Shown here: piece after piece, positions 60,058 through 64,000 of the stretch
How the letters are laid out: each line of letters opens with the position of its first letter
How positions within the stretch are numbered: position 1 is the first letter of the stretch
From: an uncultured Parachlamydiaceae bacterium
GTDB taxonomy: Bacteria; Chlamydiota; Chlamydiia; Chlamydiales; Parachlamydiaceae
Direction of reading: 5' to 3'
Assembly: GCA_963742415.1 (NCBI GenBank)
Contig: CAVULX010000004.1
Coordinates: 800,001 to 864,000 of the forward strand
DNA: 64,000 bases
Program-made: the position numbers and the translations under genes
Notes under the pieces: model-generated
Told to the model about the DNA's origin: nothing
Databases searched by the model: none
Seen by the model: the letters and a program-made list of their open reading frames with translations, nothing else

Positions 60058-60276
60058 GATCGACCCTCCAATGTTTGGATGTTTAATGAAATATGCCAAT
60101 AAAAAAAAGTGTATAAAGGAAAAAAATAATTTACGAAAATATTTTTATCGCAGAAGGGTTTTTATACCTGTATAGTTGCAGCCGCCTTGAATTTTATAAT
60201 TTTTAGTTATACCCAAACAACTTGTCTCAGTTTCTAGGGTTTCCTGCGGCGCTCCGTGTGACATTCATGTTGCAGC

Positions 60277-60714
60277 ATGAGGGGAAATTTAATATATTGT
60301 AATAAAAAAATATGTAGGATTCATATGCATGTGAATTCAAGCACAAACACGCAACCAATTACTTATAATCCGGTTCCTCGCACAAAAGTTGAAATCTTGC
60401 AGTATCTGGTCTCCCGAATCGCCCTTGCTGCTCTTAACATATATGCAATTTGGCTCGCTTCAGGTCCTTGGAGCATCGGTTTTTTTGTAGGTTTTTTGTT
60501 TCATGAAGAAATAAAAAACCGTGTAACTGACTTATTTTCAATTCTTAACTGGAAAATTATGATCCCAACTGCAGGTTTTCTCTATTGGCTTTCCCTCCCT
60601 TATATAGTTACCATGCAGATAGCTTTGGCTGGTGCTGACATGGGAAGCAGACTAGCACTGACAGCCAAAAACCATAAAGGGAGCTTGATGAATTTAATCT
60701 GGTTTAAAGGATAG
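60277..60714 (+). CDS. Hypothetical membrane protein (Inc-like candidate)
   Basis: Polar N-terminus (NSSTNTQP), two hydrophobic blocks; true start may be the second Met. Confidence 0.6.
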   Translation: MRGNLIYCNKKICRIHMHVNSSTNTQPITYNPVPRTKVEILQYLVSRIALAALNIYAIWLASGPWSIGFFVGFLFHEEIKNRVTDLFSILNWKIMIPTAGFLYWLSLPYIVTMQIALAGADMGSRLALTAKNHKGSLMNLIWFKG

Positions 60715-60719
60715 GTTAT

Positions 60720-61601
60720 TTAAAGCCGGGGATGGAAGCTGTTAAACGCTTCGTGCAGATGGGTGCGGCTAACATGTGTATATCGATCGGTACTGCCGAT
60801 ATTCGAATGTCCTAGCATCTCTTGAATCACTCGTAAATCTGCGCCATTATCTAACAAATGGGTCGCAAATGAATGGCGCAACGTATGAGGGGAAATATTT
60901 TTTTTTATCCCCGCGGCTTTGGCATAACTTTTGATCAGTTTCCAAACCGCAATGCGCGAGAGGGGTTTTCCCTTTTTTGTCACAAATAAAGCTTGTTCGC
61001 TGCAATCCAAATTCCGATCTCGAAAGTTCACAAGATAATGATCCACAGCGGCAATCGCTTTTTGCCCTATAGGAACTAACCGTTCCTTGTTTCCTTTGCC
61101 CATAATCCTGACAAAGGAGTCGTTAACCGAATTTATCTCCAATTGACATAGTTCTGAAACACGCAACCCACTGGCATATAAAACCTCGAGTATTGCTTGA
61201 TCGCGGGCGCCTAATTCGGTCTTTGGATCAGGTTGTGAAATAAGCGATTTAACTTCTTCGTATGTAAGTACTTCAGGGATCATTTGCCAGAGCTTAGGAG
61301 TTTCCAAATAGAGGGCGATGTTGGTGTCGACAACACCCTCCCTTTTTAAAAACCGAAATAATACTTTGAGGGCGATCAAATGACGGGTCATACTTGCAGT
61401 GGCATACTGTTGCGTCTTTAATTGAGCAAGAAAGTCTACAATATGGGTTTCAGCCGCCTGAGCAAAACTTATCACACCATGGAATTGAAGAAATTTGCAG
61501 AAAGACTCGATATCCCGCCGATAAGCTTCGATGGAATTCAAAGCCAATCCTTTTTCTGAAGCGATGTAGCTGATAAAGTCTCGTAATTCAGTTTCTAGCA
61601 T
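60720..61601 (-). CDS. xerD: Site-specific tyrosine recombinase XerD
   Basis: LYASGLRVSEL, GKGNKERLVP, SPHTLRHSFATHLL.NGADLRVIQEMLGH....T..YTHV...FHPR. Confidence 0.93.
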   Translation of the reverse strand: MLETELRDFISYIASEKGLALNSIEAYRRDIESFCKFLQFHGVISFAQAAETHIVDFLAQLKTQQYATASMTRHLIALKVLFRFLKREGVVDTNIALYLETPKLWQMIPEVLTYEEVKSLISQPDPKTELGARDQAILEVLYASGLRVSELCQLEINSVNDSFVRIMGKGNKERLVPIGQKAIAAVDHYLVNFRDRNLDCSEQALFVTKKGKPLSRIAVWKLIKSYAKAAGIKKNISPHTLRHSFATHLLDNGADLRVIQEMLGHSNIGSTDRYTHVSRTHLHEAFNSFHPRL

Positions 61602-62359
61602 GGGTTCTGTTTTATATATTTTTCAAAATATGGCAATAAAAAAGGCTTGCGCGCCCCTTTAAAATGGAGAATTTTTTTATCCGGATAGTAATCCTCCATT
61701 TGGTCGTCTTCTGTAGAAAAGTTATAAAGCGAACACGGAAGGAGCAAAATGTGAGTTTGGCCAATTGTCAAAGTATCACTCTTCCGCTTAAAAAAAGCAT
61801 CAATACCTATAGCCCGCAACAAAGCCCGCTGGTTGCCATACCAAGCATAATAGCGGGGTTTTTCCAAAGAGATCTTGAGAACCTTTTCCATAAAGGCTAA
61901 ACCTCTATCAAAGCCATTTTCATGGATGATAATCACCCCCCCGTTTATTGGGGTTATATGGGCCCGGTAGGTCAAGGCCACATCAAAAGGTTGGTTAAAA
62001 AGAGGATTGAGATCCCCTTGCACTAACATGTCATAATCGAGGAAAATAACTGAACCGGGATTCTCCCTTTGTTTTAGAAAAGCAACTTGGGCCTTTGTCC
62101 TGCTTAAACCAATAAAATTAGTATCGAGATCGTATCGAAATAGGTCGCTTTCAGGCGAAATTGGAAATTCTGTCTTGAGATCTGTCAAGATGGCTGTCCG
62201 GCAATGAGGATGAAATCGTCGTATAGACGCAAAAAGAACCTCGATCAATTGCTGTGCTGGGAAATCGACAAAGCAGGGTTCGACTTTTAAAATATTGCTC
62301 TTCGCCTCAGCCGTTAACTCTGCATGAAAAACAGCAAAAGTTAACGGCTTTATTTGCAT
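61595..62359 (-). CDS. Putative GT-A fold nucleotide-diphospho-sugar transferase
   Basis: FLDYD DxD motif, INGGVI, NQRAL, LPCSLYN, ILHFKGARK. Confidence 0.7.
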   Translation of the reverse strand: MQIKPLTFAVFHAELTAEAKSNILKVEPCFVDFPAQQLIEVLFASIRRFHPHCRTAILTDLKTEFPISPESDLFRYDLDTNFIGLSRTKAQVAFLKQRENPGSVIFLDYDMLVQGDLNPLFNQPFDVALTYRAHITPINGGVIIIHENGFDRGLAFMEKVLKISLEKPRYYAWYGNQRALLRAIGIDAFFKRKSDTLTIGQTHILLLPCSLYNFSTEDDQMEDYYPDKKILHFKGARKPFLLPYFEKYIKQNPC

Positions 62360-62376
62360 AGCTGAACCTCTCTTGC

Positions 62377-64000
62377 CTATTTCACGACAAGATTTAACAG
62401 TTTATTTGGAACAAAAACGACTTTTTCCAAAGTCACACCATCTAAATATTTAGCAATGGCAGGGTTCTTTTTGGCGGCATCTAAAACAATCTCTTGGGTT
62501 TGATCTTTGGGCAGCTCAAACCGTCCCCTCAATTTTCCATTGACCTGCACCACATAGGTGATGATTGCATCTTCAAGGTACTTAGGATCGATTTCTGGAT
62601 AGGGATGATAGCTGAGAGATTCTTTACAGCCCAACAATGACCAAACTTCTTCGGCTAAGTGGGGTGCAAAAGGCATTAAAGCTTGCGTGACCATTTTGAC
62701 AATACTCCGCGGATAAGCAGGCAGCTTCGTGAATTCATTCATGAACTCCATCATTTTTGCTATGGCCGTGTTGAATTGCAGAGCCTCGATATCTTTTGCG
62801 ACTCCATGCACAACGCGATGTCCTAATTTGCACGCTTCCAAAGTTTCTTCCTCCGCTATTTTATTAGAAACCCCCATTTCATAAAAACGGGCCAAAAAAC
62901 GGCGGCAGCCATTGACAGCGTCTGTGTTCCAAATTTTTTCTTTTTCAAGAGGCCCCATAAACATTTCGTAGAGGCGGAGGGAATCAGCGCCAAATTCTTC
63001 AATAATGTCATCTGGGACAATTCCGTTTAGTTTTGATTTAGACATTTTATCGATCTGAGATCGGAGGGCCTCTCCCGTCTTGCTGTGAATAAATTTCCCC
63101 TCTTTCTCCTGCACATCCTCAGGTGAAACGTAGGCACCCAACTTATTTTGAAACGATCGGGCTAGAATCATCCCCTGGTTGCGCAAAGTTTGGAACGGTT
63201 CCAAGGTGGATACTAATCCACAATCATATAATACCTTATGCCAAAAGCGGGAATATAATAGGTGCAAGACCGCATGTTCTGCCCCGCCGACATACATATC
63301 GACAGGCATCCAATATTTTTCTGCTTCGCGGCTGAAGGCCTGTTTATCATTTGCAGGATCGCAAAAGCGCAAATAATACCAACAGGAGCCAGCCCATTGA
63401 GGCATCGTATTTGTTTCCCTTAATGCTTTTTTTCCCGATTTTACATCCACAATTTCTACCCAAGATTTTTCTTGAGCCAAGGGACTTAATCCATCAGCGG
63501 TCGGAGTATATTTTGTGACCTGAGGAGGACATAAGGGCAACTCATCCAAATCTAAGACACGCTTTGTGCCATCCTCAAAATGGAGGATCGGAAATGGCTC
63601 TCCCCAATATCTTTGGCGAGAAAAAAGCCAATCGCGCAGTTTATATTGAACACTCCCCTTTCCATACCCTTTCTTTTCCAGCCACCGCGTAATAGCCGGC
63701 TTTGCTTTTGCTGCATCTAGCCCATTGATAGAAAAATCTCCGCTCGACCCGTTGACACATGTTCCTTCTCCTGTCCAACACATTTGCCCAGCTAACACTT
63801 TTTTTCTCACTTCTTGAGGATCCATCCCATCCGCCAACTCGGGATGAGCCTCGACATTGGGATCATACACAGGAATCACAGGCAAGTTGTATTTCTGAGC
63901 AAAGGCAAAATCACGTTCGTCATGAGAGGGAACAGCCATAATCGCACCGGTTCCATATCCCATCAGGACATAATCTGAAATCCAGATAGGGATTTCACGG
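62377..64000 (-). CDS. leuS: Leucine--tRNA ligase, 5' part outside window
   Basis: GTGAIMAVPSHDERD, RDWLFSRQRYWGEP, KMSKS, VQVNGKLRG; frame open to the window edge. Confidence 0.97.
   Translation of the reverse strand, partial: REIPIWISDYVLMGYGTGAIMAVPSHDERDFAFAQKYNLPVIPVYDPNVEAHPELADGMDPQEVRKKVLAGQMCWTGEGTCVNGSSGDFSINGLDAAKAKPAITRWLEKKGYGKGSVQYKLRDWLFSRQRYWGEPFPILHFEDGTKRVLDLDELPLCPPQVTKYTPTADGLSPLAQEKSWVEIVDVKSGKKALRETNTMPQWAGSCWYYLRFCDPANDKQAFSREAEKYWMPVDMYVGGAEHAVLHLLYSRFWHKVLYDCGLVSTLEPFQTLRNQGMILARSFQNKLGAYVSPEDVQEKEGKFIHSKTGEALRSQIDKMSKSKLNGIVPDDIIEEFGADSLRLYEMFMGPLEKEKIWNTDAVNGCRRFLARFYEMGVSNKIAEEETLEACKLGHRVVHGVAKDIEALQFNTAIAKMMEFMNEFTKLPAYPRSIVKMVTQALMPFAPHLAEEVWSLLGCKESLSYHPYPEIDPKYLEDAIITYVVQVNGKLRGRFELPKDQTQEIVLDAAKKNPAIAKYLDGVTLEKVVFVPNKLLNLVVK

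Noticed and set aside
60720..61601. Tyrosine recombinase as a prophage or island integrase
   Set aside because: Length and motifs match housekeeping XerD; no att site or phage genes adjacent.
1..64000. tRNA/rRNA genes, integron attC sites, dif site
   Set aside because: No convincing T-loop/cloverleaf, rRNA, attC or dif-like sequence was seen by eye. A tRNAscan-SE/Infernal/IntegronFinder run would be needed to exclude them formally.

Overview
Chromosomal window from an environmental Chlamydiae-like bacterium. The lineage is inferred from gene content and order (rnhC beside a RodZ-like HTH gene, gatCAB, a SycD/LcrH chaperone, a MOMP/Lpg1974-like porin, paired marC genes, a PLD family gene, the SRP RNA variant). 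About 1-13 kb and 23-26 kb are accessory. They hold intact and decayed toxin-antitoxin modules, two Fic genes with repeat arrays at their promoters, an apparently intact IS607 (serine TnpA + TnpB), a partial gene duplication and hairpin/MITE-like repeats. The remainder holds an MdtABC/TolC-like efflux operon, serpin/CPBP genes, an AsnB-like gene plus methyltransferase, ffs, recD2, flhB-flhA-flhF, truA, rnhC, recN, gatCAB, xerD and partial leuS. Best candidates for undescribed biology: (1) a flagellar export triad whose FlhB lacks the NPTH autocleavage site and whose FlhF has altered GTPase motifs; (2) an in-frame GIY-YIG nuclease/ArfB-like GGQ fusion; (3) an AsnB-like protein lacking Cys1 and the PP-loop Asp; (4) a TA-decay zone partly bracketed by a 39-bp direct repeat. 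All calls are from reading motifs by eye; no database searches were run.
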